Shown here: positions 26,612-43,491 of the stretch, piece after piece
Layout of the letters: each line of letters begins with the position of its first letter
Numbering within the stretch: position 1 is the first letter of the stretch
Position numbers and translations under genes: made by a program
The notes under the pieces: generated by a model
Seen by the model: the letters and a program-made list of their open reading frames with translations, nothing else
What the model was told of the DNA's origin: nothing
The model's database searches: none
NCBI GenBank assembly: GCA_964016885.1
Contig: OZ024740.1
Coordinates: forward strand, 299,398,001 to 299,462,000
DNA from: Eledone cirrhosa
Taxonomy: Eukaryota
Length of the DNA: 64,000 nt
Reading direction: 5' to 3'

Positions 26612-26652
<41 letters not shown>

Positions 26653-26666
26653 ATATATATATATAA

Positions 26667-26734
<68 letters not shown>

Positions 26735-26737
26735 ATA

Positions 26738-26900
26738 AGTTTATCCCGGGTTCAATTGGGGTAACCACAGTAAGTAAGGTACTCAATACAAATCAGAGTA
26801 TAAATATTTAATATAGAAAGGCTTCTACAGGACAAGGACTGTTTCATTCCGGAGAAATGTTGACTTCTCCGAAATGAAACAGTTCTAGTTCTGTAGAAGC
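26738..26900. repeat. Asymmetric hairpin (arms 26821-26856 / 26865-26900) plus tail
   Basis: gcttctacag..ggagaa / ttctcc..ctgtagaagc; tail has GTACTCAATAC. Confidence 0.8.
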
Positions 26901-26913
26901 CCCCTCTCTCTCA

Positions 26914-27025
<112 letters not shown>

Positions 27026-27036
27026 CTATATATATA

Positions 27037-27100
27037 TCATCATCATCATCATCATCATCACCGTTTTACGTCCGTTCTTCCACGCTAGCATGGGTTAGAC
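27037..27100 (-). mobile_element. LINE 3' tip with (ATG)n tail, probably RTE
   Basis: (cat)n followed by ccgttttacgtccgttcttccacgctagcatgggtt; too short to classify firmly. Confidence 0.45.
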
Positions 27101-27118
27101 ATATATATATATATATAT

Positions 27119-27672
27119 ATATAAGTATGTATACGTACATACATATATGTATACAGACGTACAGTAGTATGTATATATATCTATATACATACATGCACAC
27201 ATATATACATGTACGTATAGATTCACCGAACATTTATTATAATGCTCGGTGTGTTTGTAAACAAACATCCCGAATTAAGCCGTACAGTGTCTAGCAACCA
27301 TCGTTGCTCATTTGTTCAACACAAATATACTTTCAGACGTTCAACCATCTGGCCGGAAGGTATACGTTGCTGACGATAGCTAATAAGCTTGAATCTACGA
27401 CAGCGTTCCTTTGTCAGTGTTGAAAAAATGAGCAACGATGGTTGCTAGACACTGTACGGCTTAATTCGGGATGTTTGTTTACAAACACACCGAGCATTAT
27501 AATAAATGTTCGGTGAATCCATACGTACATATATATATGTGTGCATGTATGTATATATATATACATACTACTGTACATCTGTATACATATATGTATGTAC
27601 GTATACATACTTATATTTAAGTAACAGCCGTACTAAGAGTGAGAAATGAAATATCGTTTCATTTTTTCTGTT
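27119..27672. repeat. Asymmetric hairpin (arms 27119-27322 / 27417-27616) with decayed hammerhead-like spacer, tail on right
   Basis: ~200-nt IR; spacer ACGTTG-CTGACGA-TAGC..GCTT-GAAT..CAGCGT. Confidence 0.85.
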
Positions 27673-27710
27673 TATATATATATATATATATATATTTATT
27701 AAAATAACAG

Positions 27711-27764
27711 ATTAAATTTTAAGCAAAGAATCGCTGCTTTCACCCTTAACGGGATCTTCTGAAA
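27711..27764 (-). ncRNA. Variant hammerhead (CAGAAGA core)
   Basis: Same family as 45804-45862. Confidence 0.55.
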
Positions 27765-28146
27765 TATATGTATATTTATTTATTTATTTATTTATCAATA
27801 TGTATATACAAGTGTGTTTATAGACATCTGCCTGTGTTCCGTGTGTTAACTTGTTTAAGAGTCTGTATACTTCAGTATCATTGCTCGTACCTAAATAAAC
27901 GAGTGGATACATTAATATAAAGAATGTGTGTTACCCATACATATATCTACACGCACAAACACACACACATACATACATACATACACACAAAATTATACCA
28001 CATTTTAGACGTTTCCGTTCCTAAAGCTTCTCTCTTCCACATCTCTTTATATTCTCTAGATGTTAATTAAACCGACGTCTACGTATGTTGAAGATTTTGT
28101 GTGCACAAATGTTGTCTACCAGCATTGGTTGTTAGCATTGTGTTAG

Positions 28147-28507
<361 letters not shown>

Positions 28508-28549
28508 TGTATGTATGTATGTATGCATGTATGTATATATGTATGAGAT

Positions 28550-28950
28550 GACCCCTTAGCCTTTGTCAAGGCAGAATTCTAGGAGAAGGAAAACTCTGAT
28601 ATAACACCTGCAACTCTGATGGTATCCAATGATGTTGACTTGTTCTTCTTTTTGGTAAATATCATCTTGGTTAAGAGAGTGGGACTGGCTTTGTGCAGTG
28701 CCTTTGCTCACTATAAAATCTTCACGGCACAGGCATTGCTTTATATCTGGAGATCTCTCTGCACTTGTCGTCACATGGTACCATGGGCCCAGCACTATGT
28801 GTCAATAATTGTCACAAGTGTAGTGTTTCTACCAGAGTTTTGAAGTCGCTGGCTGGACTAAAAAGTCACACTCGTTCAGCGCATCAGTAGGGGTTCTCCT
28901 ACATGGATATAGAGTAGTGGCCGTACTCGAAAACGAGTTGGCAGCCACCA
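28550..28950 (+). mobile_element. RTE 5'-UTR-like module (Ceph-domain-like)
   Basis: ctaggagaaggaaaactctgat; matches 31950-32160. Confidence 0.55.
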
Positions 28951-28969
28951 TATATGTATGTATGTATGT

Positions 28970-30622
28970 TATTCTGGTTTTATAATTTCACACATTTTTG
29001 CCAATAGAGAGAGAGAGTCGGTTTCTGACATAGATACAAGACTCTCTCATTGGAATTTACACAACTTCAACGAGGTAGATAGTATGCATGTCTGCATGCA
29101 TGCATGTGTAGATATGAATGTTATTGTATGTGTGCATGTGTATGTTTTGAGTTGTATATATGCATGTTCTTCTGGTTTTATAATTTTATAAATTTTTACC
29201 AATAGAGATAAAGTCGATCTCTAACATAGATACAGATACAAGACTATCTCATTGAAATTTAAACAACATCAACTAGATAGATATGTCTGCATGTCTGCAT
29301 GCATGTATGTGTGGGTGTGTATGTTTTTAGTTATATGTGTGCATGTGCATATGCCTTGTATCTGAACATGTGTATATACAGTTATTCGATGCAGAATTTC
29401 CGGAATGTTTTACATATTTTTACTGTTCGTTAAAGGATTGTACTTGTAATTTCCTAACCAGTTGTGTTCTTTCTGTTTCTATGAAGCCTAGGTTCTTAAG
29501 ATGTGTACTGAGACAGTTACTAACATATCCCAGTGCCCCAATAATTGCAAGTATAAATTTGAAGGTATAGTCAGATTTCTCATTAATTCTGCATAGGTAT
29601 TCGCCTTTTCGCTGATCTTTAATATTATATTGGCAGCTGTAGGGCAGCTAATTTCTACTACTGCGCATGCATTATTTTCCCTGTCCCATATCATTATATC
29701 TGGTCTGTTATGTTTGCATCCTGTTCTTGGATTGCAAAAGCATATTCTTTAAAGTGAGAGCCAATATAGTGGTTGTTGGTCCAAGATAGATTACTTTGCT
29801 TATTTATATTACTCTCACTCTGGAGCTACCTGGCAACATGTCCATGTTTGACTTGTTGCTGACAAGCATGGAGTTTTTCATCCATGGTTTCGCTGAGGTA
29901 TTGTTGGGCAATTTCCCTGGGTGTGAGCTTTTGATTATCATGCAAGGAGTATCTTTCAAGGCGTTCCTTCCCAACTCCCATGATCTTATCTGTATCATGC
30001 AGACAGACTTGCTCAGTAGATGGGCTTCTACGTTTGGAGGTTCGTAAATGTCGGAGGGATATGATACGACATTCAAATGCTATCTGGACTGATCTTAGCC
30101 CTCTGCCGCCCTGCTTACGTTTCAAGTAGAGGCGGTCTATATCACTGTTGATGTGGAAGTTTCCGGTATTGTTTAGAATTTTTCGAGTTTTAACATCAAT
30201 TGCTAGTATTTCGTCTGTCGTCCACTCGAGTATTCCAAACGATGGTGTTAGGACAGTCACAGCAAACACATTGTGAGCAACTGTTTTATTGTGTGCAGAG
30301 AGTTCCGATGACTATATTTTTCTTAATCGAGTGTAATATTCCCTGGTTACGCGTTCCATATTACAAACAGCATTATAGGATATGTTCTCATCTATCCCCA
30401 GCTACCTGTAGCAGTCCTCGTCATATATCGGTGAAACAATTAAGCCATTGATAAAAATGTTGTTAGAGTGGGGTTGTAGTTTTTCTCCGCTTGACCATCA
30501 TATATGAACCTTTATTTTGGCCACACTATTTCTATATCCTTTGAGATTGTTGTGACCAGGTCAAGATTTTTCTTCACCCATTTATGTTCTTGGTATAGAG
30601 TTTCAGGTCATCCACAAAGAAA
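28970..30622 (-). mobile_element. R4-like RLE LINE, truncated and decayed, with duplicated 3' UTR end
   Basis: FVDDLKLY, DIDRLYLKRKQGGRGL, RPDIMIWD..VVEISCP, VKICKTF; (ATGT)n on both sides. Confidence 0.85.
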
Positions 30623-30730
30623 TTATGTATGTATGTATGTATGTATGTATGTATGTATGTATGTATGTATGTATGTATGTATGTATGTATGTATGTATGT
30701 ATGTATGTATGTATGTATGCATGTATGTAT

Positions 30731-31580
30731 GTTTCTCTTCCTCTTAATTTAGAGTAAATCTTTGACCGGCCACCTACCTGGTAGCAAGGTTGTAAAAGAA
30801 AATAAATTGTCATCCCTTGAATCGCAAGAATGTTTTGCAAATTTTGAAGGTGCCAGCTATCGCAGCCATTCTAGTCGATGAATTAGGCAGCTGCGCTCTT
30901 TGTCCACACATACAAATTTGGTCCAAGCAGGTTGTTATATAACCTGTAGCTCCAATAATGATGGGTATGAAGCTGAAGGTGTATCTTGGATACTGGATCT
31001 GCAAACTCCCCATCAATGGTCCGTAGATGACCTCCTTCTCTTGTATTTTTCTTACAACGGTGACATCGAGTAAGCAGTCGATTTCTACAACAGAGCACGC
31101 TTTCAATGTGTGGTCTCAAACAACAATATCATGCCGGTTGTGCTTTAATTTGGTGGCAGTTTTTATTTTCAGGTTCAACCAGTATCCTTTAGTGCTATCT
31201 ATCTCAACATATTCCTCCTCATTTGTTTTAATTTTGTTTTCCTAAGTGCGTTCAAGATCGTTCTAGCTATCACATCGTGTCTCATAGGGAAGTAGTGACG
31301 AAACGACATTATTTCGCAGTTGGCAACAATGTGGCTAACATCTTCGATCTTTGTTTTACATCGCCTACATTTATTGTCGAATGATGGCCCTTCTCTCTTG
31401 TGTAGCAGATATTTGGTAGGGATTTCTTGTTCCTGCATTGCATAGAGAAATCCTTCAAGGTGGGATGTCATAAACTTGTCGGAACTCCATGCCAGGCTTT
31501 TCGAATGATTTGTTCCCTCTATGATCTGTATTTTTCGTCTCAGATACCCATGCACAACTTTCTCTGTAAATAGGTCCATC
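30731..31580 (-). mobile_element. R4-like RLE LINE 3' fragment
   Basis: CRRCKTKIEDVSHIVANC..RHD, RHDIVV, FIPIIIGATG; (ATGT)n on both sides. Confidence 0.88.
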
Positions 31581-31599
31581 TTTTAATGCATGTATGTAT

Positions 31600-31800
31600 G
31601 TTCTTCCGCACTTTGTCAGGCTTTGTTTTTTGTCCTGCAGGGTGTCCAAAATGACCCTCCTCACCAAGTAAACTTGGTGGGGTTGCCGGTTTAGTCGCCG
31701 ACGACCCGACCATGCGGCAGGTTGTACTGGGTTACATGTTATCAGTAGCACTAAAGAGTGACCCGACATAGGGCGGAAGAACTCATATGAGTCAACGGCC
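31600..31800 (-). repeat. Copy of the 17232-17420 module
   Basis: Reverse-complement similarity seen by eye. Confidence 0.7.
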
Positions 31801-31884
31801 ATCCAAATGTGTGTAAATATGTATATACACTTGTACATATGTATGTATATGTACATGGTGTATATACATAGGTGTATGTATGTG

Positions 31885-32725
31885 CGCGGGGACATAGAAA
31901 TAGTCGAGTTGGACACCTGATCGCGCGGTTAAACCACTGAGAGTGAATGACCCCTAGCCTTTGTCAGGGCATTCTTCTAGGAGAAGGCAACTCAGGAAAA
32001 TGGGATAACTCCGATATAAAACCTGCCGCTCAGTAGTTACCGCTGTGTTGATCTTTTCTTTTTGGGGGGTTATAGCTACTGTCGCTCAGAGAGTGGGATT
32101 GGCTCAGTGCAGAGTCTTTTCTCACTTTAAAAAATATCTTCACGCATAGGCATTGCACGATAGAATTAATTAAGAATTATTAATAATGGTATATCGTGCA
32201 ATGGCCATACTCGATAACGAGGGGGAAGCCACATATATGTATGTAGGATTCGGTGAAAGCCTCTTTGAAAGACGCTAACATCTCTGCTGATACATGGGCA
32301 AATGTTGCTGTTGATCGTAATAAATGAAGAAAGATTGTATATGAGGGAAAAGTTGCCTTTGAGGTATCTCGAATCGCATACGAGAAAGTAAAGGGGGATG
32401 TGAGGAAAGGCATTACTGTTGCATTTCCAGACAGCGTCTTTGCGAGACTTTGCCTCAGCAAAGCTGGCCTCGAAAGTCATCTTCGCAGTCATAAAGTGAG
32501 ACCAGTGGTTGACTACCAGGCTGCTGTCGAAGATGCTACTCTGATGCCTGCCAAGCATGTGGTAGAGAATGTAAATCTGCAGGAGGGCTCAAACGACATG
32601 CAAAGATACACGTACTCCAACCATAGCCGGCTACTGCCAGTGAATGTTTTGATTACCAACTCTGTGAAAGACATTTCAGGTCATTGGCTGGGCTGAAAAG
32701 CCACATTGGATCGCAGCATTGTTAA
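31885..32725 (+). mobile_element. Internally deleted RTE derivative (5' UTR joined to 3' end with C2H2 fingers)
   Basis: 5' module as at 28550; then RGKP..DSVKASLK..W..AVDR and KAGLESHLRSH, CQACGRECKSAGGLKRHAKIH, LAGLKSH. Confidence 0.7.
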
Positions 32726-32739
32726 TTGTTATCGTGTGT

Positions 32740-32825
<86 letters not shown>

Positions 32826-32974
32826 GTATGTGTGTGTGTATGTATATATATAAGTATGTGTGTGTATATATTATTATTGTTGTTACTAATAGTGTCGTTA
32901 TTATGTTTTTTTTTCGTGCAATGACCATACTCGATAAAGAGGGGGCAGCCATCATGTATGTATATATGTATGAT

Positions 32975-33930
<956 letters not shown>

Positions 33931-34075
33931 ATGTAATGTGTGTGTGTATGTATGAATGTATGTTTGTATGTATGTATATATAAACACAGAGAAACATACT
34001 CACACACACACATATATATACAAATATATAAAGTCTCCCATGTATATATACATACATACACACACACACACACAT

Positions 34076-34127
<52 letters not shown>

Positions 34128-34439
34128 GAAATCGATATATATATATATATATAAATATATATTTTTACGAAATCGAAAATGTTTTTACATCATTTTTGGC
34201 ACTAAATCCAAACCACAATATATAGTAAAAAACATTATTATAATATAAATCAGGTAGAGACAGATTTCTTTACCAACGGTCTTCGCATATATAATTATTA
34301 TAAGCAGGCCAAAAAGTAATATTTATATTATAAACAGAAATTTATAAATCTCAAAACTATGAAGTATTTCTACATATTTTCTGTATTGTTTGTAACTGTA
34401 ATATTAGCGTTCATTAAAATAGTTCAAGCTATATAATAA

Positions 34440-34818
34440 TTACTTCTACTTTTAGCACAAGGCCAGCAATTACCTCAATATATTACTGGTGCTATATTTT
34501 ATCGACCCCGTAACGATGAAATGCAAAGTTAACCTCGGCGGGATTTGAACTCAGAACGTAAAGGGCCATAACACTATGCTACAAAGCATGGAGTCTGATG
34601 CTTTACCGATACTGCAATCCACAAGCTAAATAATAATTGTTTCTACTTTTGGCACAAGGCCAGCAATTATCCCAGTGCATTACAGGTGCTTTATTTTATG
34701 GACCCCGTAAGGACAAAAGCAAAGTTAACCTTGGCGGGATTTGAACTCAGGCCGTAAAGGGACATAACTCTATGCTGGAAAGCATGGCGTCTGACCCTAT
34801 ATCGATAGTGCCAATCCA
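34440..34818 (-). mobile_element. Two tandem Nin/Deu-like SINEs
   Basis: Copies at ~34440-34622 and ~34634-34818 separated by taataataat. Confidence 0.88.
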
Positions 34819-35589
34819 ATAATAATGATATCTTATTGAGGGGGTACAACAGCACTAAATTGAGGAAGAGGGACAGAATCTGGAGACCATTGACATTTTC
34901 ATAACATGGGCAGCAACCTCGCTAAAGATGGCAAACTGATGTTTTGTGGGAATCATCTCATGCCGATTGTGACCTGAGTTCATTTGACATACAAGCGACA
35001 CGGGTGGAAAGAGAAGAAGGTACGGATATATTTAAAGGTTACACAAGTTGGTGGATTTTAAAACCTATGCCAAAAAAAAAAGATGAAAAATATTTACTTC
35101 AACAGATGTTGAATGTAGCCAGAGCCATATTCCGCTACACCCCCACCTCCAACCCCACCACCGGTACCCCCGCCGACACCCAGACCGACACCCCCACCGG
35201 AACCCCCACCGGCACTACCGACTGCCCAACCACAGCTACCAAGAACTATGCAACCACAACCATCACCATTTTAATACCGTCATGAACCCTAGAATTATAG
35301 CAACACCGCCAGCACAACCACTGCCAATACCATTAATACTCCACCACCACCACTATTACAGACGTCACCACCACCATCAACTACAACTACAGCAACATCA
35401 TCACCACAAGTATCCTTGTATTTTCTCTACCATCACATCGATCTCGAGGAGACAATTGCAGTTGCTATAAAAAAAAACACTAGCCAGATGATCCGAGTAG
35501 TCTGAGGGAAAGTACGTATCCCTACCAAAATGGAAAAAGAACATCCGCACTTCTATCGAGAAATTGTATTAAGTGTAACAGTGAAAAGA

Positions 35590-37170
35590 AAAATCAAAGA
35601 TGACTGAGAAAGCAATTGCAAAGTGTAAGATTTGGAAAGGTGATCTCGAGGAATTTTTTGATATTGCAAGCCAGAACGATCTCGAACGAAAGGATGTTCC
35701 ATCTGAAGACAAAGCGTATTTTTTTAGAGACAGCGGAAAGATCGGATATCTTCATTCGTGACTGGTGTTGATGCAGAACATGTGAGAGCCATTCAGAAGA
35801 AGACAAAGAAGTTTCATGATATGAAAATAAGAAAGAGAAAACAGAATGAAGAAGTCAAGAATATGTCTGAGAAGGTAGTTCTTGAAAGTTCATCATCCAG
35901 CTCAGTTATTAGTGATGGCAGATCCCGACTAGTCATCCATTTGGGGGGAAAATTATTCCTATTAGCTTCCCGATCCAACACGCTTGATGAACGGATTGGA
36001 GTTCGAGTTAAAGTTCGAGGAAAAGGACGGGAGTAGCTCATAGTTATTATAATTGCCAGAGATGGAACCGGATAACAATTCGCTGAAATCATTGTGACGG
36101 AAATTCGACGATTTAAATTTGAGGAGAGAATAATTGGAGTGACCTTCAACACCATCATCATTAACACCGGCATGCATCAAGGAGCCAATACAAACATTGA
36201 ACCAGCTCTGAGAATATCCATCTCGTGGCTGGCTTGCTCCCATCACATTCTTCAACTGGTTCGGAAGAAAGTCTTTGGCTCTTTTACCCATCATTTTGTA
36301 CCGGTCTTACTCTGTTGAAAAGTTCCAGCAACGATGGGACACCATAGATAAATTTCATTATTAAACTATCCTAGACGATGATGAAACCTTGGAGGGTTTT
36401 TACAAGTAAATAAGGTAAAATATCTAACTGTAAGGCTTTTTAGAGATAATACCTGAGAAGACTATGCCGAATTCATAAATCTCTCTCTTCTCTAACATAG
36501 TGGTTGGCTATCACCTCATCTCTCCTTCTCGGTCTCAGGAACTTACCACCAGGCTCGCTGGATGGCTAAGGCCATATATATGAACAAGATAGTTCCATTC
36601 AGAGAATAAGTTAATCTTAAACCACTTGAGTTGAGAGATCTATAAAAGGTCTTTCAAGTATGAACAATGCTGGAGAGAAGCAATGGTTCCTAGATGGTCT
36701 CCAAAGAATGATCTTTATTGGATGAAACTGATACCAATATGCCCTAACCAACAGATCGGAACTGTAGCAGAGACGGTCCTTCGACGTCACCTGTGGTACG
36801 TGTCAGAATTAAATAGCGTTGGCTTTCTTTGACAAAAGACTTAGACTGAATGATGAAAAAAAAGGAAGAAAACAAGAAGGGGGTACAAAAGTTCGAAGAG
36901 AAAAGAATGACTTTCGGCAACAAACAACTGAATACTTTCGTTAAGAAGAAAACAAATAATGTTTTCCATCTGTTCGACAATGTGCTAAACAAATTGGAAT
37001 TTTGCACAACCGGCGATATCAAAGCATCTGTTGATGCTGTGAAAGTTGTGAATGACAGTGCTGAAGAAGGTATATATTTCTTAAAGAAGTTTAATGATTC
37101 TACGAAGGATGAAAGTCAGAATCAAATCCATCTAAAAAGTGTTGCAAAGGACAAAAGTCATCGATTCCGG
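35590..37170 (+). pseudogene. Decayed DDE transposase, hAT-superfamily (hATm)-like
   Basis: FDIAC, VIHLGGK, FNTIIINTGMHQGA..WLACSHHI, VKVVNDSAEEG; possible degenerate IR at ~34180-34222 / 37308-37350; superfamily assignment from recalled motifs only. Confidence 0.6.
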
Positions 37171-37429
37171 TTATACATTTCATTCATACAAAGTGTTTCT
37201 CTCTTGATTATTCTGTATTTAGAACATATTTCGTTTGCCTATTTTCAATTCATTTCGTTCTGTCGTGTAATTTCCTCATCGGGTCCAGTAAAGTGAACAG
37301 AGAGGACAATATACTATGGTTTAGATCCAAAAATCGTCATAAAAAAATGTGATAGTGTGCAACCTCCCAATATTATTCGATTAATTTATGCCTCACCATA
37401 TTTCATTATTTCATCCACATACACACACG

Positions 37430-37462
<33 letters not shown>

Positions 37463-37516
37463 TCACACACACGCAGACAGACTTATATATATATATATAT
37501 ACATATATGTGTGTGC

Positions 37517-37563
<47 letters not shown>

Positions 37564-37913
37564 GTATTTCCGAAGTTAACAAAGAACTTACTGGATCTAC
37601 CAACTCATAATATATTATATTATAACATTAAATCATAAAAAAATGTTAACACTACAAGTGAAGTCATTCTTTTCCTTTTTTTTCAAATATATATATATAT
37701 ATACTATATAAAATTAACGAAGATTGCTGGTATTAATTCAATGGTCTCTGGCCAGCGTCTAGCTCACTCAATGAATTTCCTGAATTGTAGTAATGGAGTT
37801 GCAATCAGCCCTTCAGGATTCACAAATTTAGTTATAGCAGATGCTGTGGTGATGTTTAGGTAGAGAGAAAGGTAAAATTCCCATATATATATATATATAC
37901 ATATATATATAAT

Positions 37914-38045
<132 letters not shown>

Positions 38046-38074
38046 TTTATGTATTATTTATATATATACATATT

Positions 38075-39050
<976 letters not shown>

Positions 39051-39057
39051 TATATAT

Positions 39058-41800
39058 CAAGAGTACGGACTCCCTCGTCCGTAGGATGAGATGGAAGGCG
39101 TTCCACTTCGAAAGAGGAACGCAAAAAGTTACCAACACACAAAATATGGAGTACCTTTTTCGATCAAGGAGGAACCCCCCCCCCCCACAACAGACTAATG
39201 GAGGAGTTTGAAAACGAGATGATTAACATCATATCCAACCTCAAATTCTCTGGAAACCCAACCAGAAGTCAGGAGTACCTCAGACACCTGGGAGACCGAA
39301 TTACAGTACTTAAAGAGAAAACTGGAATACTTGTCCATGCTGACAAAATCAACAACCTCTACAACATGAACACTGAACTGTATAATAAGCTAATTCTCAG
39401 GGAACTGAGGAAGTGCTACAAAAAACACCTGGATTTACCCTGGATGAGATCAATGCCACAGCTTAGAGGATATCTAGACTCCGCATAGGTGACATGACGG
39501 CCCCATACTAACCAAGGGAGCCGAGGATTACCCTTAAAGATCACAAGCCAAACTTTGAGTCCGACCTCCCTGTCAGACTAATACCCACTCCAGATCTGAC
39601 CTAGGGATCGTCAGTAAAAGAATACTAAATAGCATTTTGCCCAAGCTTCGGAAGAAAACTAAATTAGAGTAATGGTCATGCACGGGAGAAGTAATAGAAT
39701 GGTTTAAGATACTATATGAGAAAAGTAAGACCAGCTTTATACAACTGGATATCGCAAGCTACTACTCCGCAATCTCACCCATAGTACTCAATAAGGCCCT
39801 ATTTTTAGCGATGTCCAATACAGATGTCTAACCCGAGAGGAGGTGAGCATCATCCACGCCGCAAGAAAGACCTTAATCCGTTTTGATGGAGACTTTGGAC
39901 CAGGAGTGATTGGCCAAATAACTTTGACATCACGATGGGCTCCAGCGACTCAGCACAGGTAACGGACCTGGTTGGGCTCTTCCTGCTGAAGCAGAAAAAA
40001 GATGAAATACCCTGCCTGGGCGGCGGATTATATCGTGACGATCCTGTATTCACAGTATATGACTACAGCACCAATATGTTGGAGGGAATGAGGAGGCGTA
40101 TTCGCCATTTCTTTAAGAACCAGGGGCTCAGTATCGAACTAGACCCAAATAAGAAGGGAGTTAACTTCCTAGACACCACCCTAAACCTGAACACCGAACA
40201 ATACTACCCCTACCACAAGCCCAACGAGAAACTCGTATATATTAATGCCAAATCAAAGCACCCTAGATCCATTACCAAGGCCGTGGTGAAGAGTGTCTCG
40301 GACAGGATCTCCAGCCTGTTCGCAAGTCAGGAAATATTCGATAACAACGCGGAATATTACAACGCAGCTCTAAATAAGCCGGCACATGGCCAAAATATAA
40401 CATATAGTCCGAAACGCCGGGGTGGGGATGGCCCAATGGTCACCCACACCCGCGTTTCCCGGGGAGGAGGGAGGGGGGAGGCGAACCCTAACAATACAGG
40501 CAGAACAAAAACAAATAGACACCATGAGCCCGACACCACCACACAGGCGTTGGTGACTAGTACGCTTAACCATGAGATGAAACCCAATATGAGTAGCAGT
40601 CTCAGGGGTGACGCTAACCACCCCAAGACCGACGACCCCAACCGCAGGACACGTGGGGGGGGGGGGGACCACCCCACGATAGATCTCCCAGCGCGGGCAA
40701 CGACCACTCCACAGATTCGGGCCGTGAAGATAGCAAAACGCATAGCGCCCAAAGGGGAAGCAACAGTGCGGGAACCACCAGCAACCCAACAAATCTCCAA
40801 CAACTCACGACGCCCCCTACCCACACATATAGGAGGAGACACAGAAAAATCACGTGGTACAACCCACCCTACTCAGCGGCCCTAAAGAACAGCTTGGCCC
40901 GATCATTCTTTGGAACACTTGATAAATGCTTCCCGAGAGACCATAGATACCACAGGATCTTCAACAGACACACGGTGAAGCTATCGTATTCCACAACGAG
41001 AAATCTGGCCCAACACATAGCTAGCATCAACAGGAGTAGGCTTAAAAACCACACACAACCAGAAGATGGCAATACAATCACTCAGCAGAAACATGTGAAA
41101 GGACGGAAGGGGGGACCCAGTGCCCACCCAATAAACCCAAACAGACCCGGGGACCCCCCACCGTGCCTGGGGGAAGACCACCATGTAACACCTAACGGGA
41201 ACGCCATTCTAGGCACACAGAGGTCGATCATACTCTTCAACTGCAGAAACCCCGAATCATGCCCCCTTGGTAATGAATTCCTTAAGAAGAACCTAGTATA
41301 CGGTTGTAGGGTTAAAACCCCCAACTCCGAACAAGTCTACATAGGAGCCACATCAACGAGCTTTAAAGACAGCTGGTACAACCATCGCCATTCCTTCAAT
41401 AAGGAGGCCAAAAGGAAAAGCACGGCTTTCTCCGACCTGATCTGGACGCTTAAGCTGGACAGGGCCCCGTACTCTCTAGCCTGGGACATAATTAGGAAAG
41501 TACCACCCGATAAAGGGGGATCTGGCATATGCAAACTATGCCTGAACGAGACCCTCGAGATACTAAGAGGTGGAAGCGGCCTGATAAACCTCAGAACCGA
41601 CTTCTTCGGGACATGCAGACACCTCAGAGCCGGAACCTTCCTCAAGATATATGGACAGTAGCAACACAAGAAGATGTGAACTCCCCTCAAGCGATAGGGA
41701 CTTCTCCATAAAATGTAGACACCTCTCGGCCAGATCTCCCTCAAGCTATATGGGCAATAACAACACCCTGGGTTGAGAACTTCCCTCAAGTCATAGGGAC
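39058..41800 (+). mobile_element. Near full-length Naiad-like Penelope element, disrupted
   Basis: RRMRWKA, ADK.NNLY, ITLKDHKPNF, LDIASYYS, MGSSDSAQ, GLYRDD, NCRNPESCPL..LVY..YIGAT..CKLCLNE..CRH; starts directly after (TA)n. Confidence 0.9.
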
Positions 41801-42164
41801 CAACCCAGGCTGAGCTGACACCATGATAGCCTAGAGATTGATTCGGACACAGCCATTATAATTTGGCCAACATCTTTATAACACAAACACATTTTATTTG
41901 ATTATCTTATTCTTTAATTCTTTTACCATTCTTTTACCATCTTGTTCCTCATACCAATCTATCCAATATATTTCTGACCTTGAGATTGGTTATAGCACAC
42001 ACACACTTTATCTTACTATTTCAATCTTCATTTTATTTTTCACTTCTCCATATTCATTTTCATTACTTTTTCATTAATTTTTCTTTATTCTTTATTCTCT
42101 ATTTATTATTTATTTTCTGTTTTCTTCATTTTATTGCCTTATATTTCTTCATATACAAGAGTGC

Positions 42165-43491
42165 GTGAGTGAAAGTGTGAGGAAGAGGCTAGCTGAGAGA
42201 GAGTGACTGGCAGAGGGGGTAAAAAGAAGGTGAGAGATACAGAGAAAGGGGAATCAGTAAGAAAGAAATAGACAGGTTGCAGCGGAGGACAAAATATAAA
42301 TATATGAAAAATGGCGTGCAGCGTGGTTGCGCATAGGTTACATATGATTAAAATTAGTCCTTCATCAGTGATCTTCCAACCTTCATTGGTATTTCTTCGC
42401 TTTAAAGATCATATAATTCTGGTTGGTGCGAGCAATAACTAAAGAAAGTTATTGGGACACGTAAAATAGGGTGAAGCGAGCGAGACATGCAAACAAACAT
42501 AGATGTTAATGCAACGGAAAGAGAGGAAGAGAAGAGACAAGTCCGTGATATCTATGAACTTAAGCTCGGTGAAATCATAGACGAGAGGTAAAGACCATCC
42601 GAACTGTGCGAGATTTGAGCGAGAAAAGGATTTCACAGAGGTCAAACGGGAGGAAGTGAGAGAGGGCGAGAGGCAGAGACTGAGTGAAAGGGTGAGGAAG
42701 AGGCCAGCTGAGAGAGAGTGACTGGCTATACCTCTGGTTGGTGCGAGCAATAATTGAAAAAAAGTTAATGGGGCACGTAAAATAGGGTGAAGCGAGCAAG
42801 ACATGTAAACAAACGGAGATGGTTATGCAACGGAAAGATAGGAAGAGAAGAGACAAGTCCGTGATATCTATGAACTTAAACTCGGTAAAATCATAGACGA
42901 GAGGTAAAGACCATGCGACCTGGGTGAGATGTGAGCGAAAACAGGATTTCAGCACGCCATTTTTCATATATTTATATTTTTTCCTCCGCTGCGACCTGTC
43001 TGTTTCTTTCTTACTGCTTCCTCTTTCTCTGTATCTCTCACCTTCTTTTTACACCCTCTGCCAGTCACTCTCTCTCAGCTGGCCTCTTCCTCACACTTTC
43101 ACTCACTCACTCTCTGCTTCACGCCCTATCTCACTTCCTCCCGTTTGACCTGTGTGAAATCCTTTTCTCGCTCACATCTCGCCCAGGTCGGATGGTCTTT
43201 ATCTCTCGTCTATGATTTCACCGAGCTTAAGTTCATAGATATCAGGGACTTGTCTCTTCTCTTGCTCTCTTTCCGGTGCATTACCATTTATGTTTGTTTA
43301 CATGTCTCGCTGGCTTCACCCTATTTTACCTGTCCCAATAACTTTCTTTAGTTATTTCTCACACCAACCAGAGGTATATGATCTTTATAGCGAAGAAATA
43401 CCAATGAAGGTTGGAAGATCACTGATGAAGGATGAAGGACTAATTTTATACATATGTAACCCATGTGCAACCACAAAGCACGCCATTTTTC

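Noticed and set aside
34944-35470. Thr/Pro/His-rich ORFs
   Set aside because: Decayed (ACC/CAC)n simple repeat
39058-41900. Selenoprotein Naiad (UGA-Sec plus SECIS)
   Set aside because: No in-frame TGA seen at conserved Cys positions in either Naiad; the ATGA..TGA at ~41823 has too short a helix
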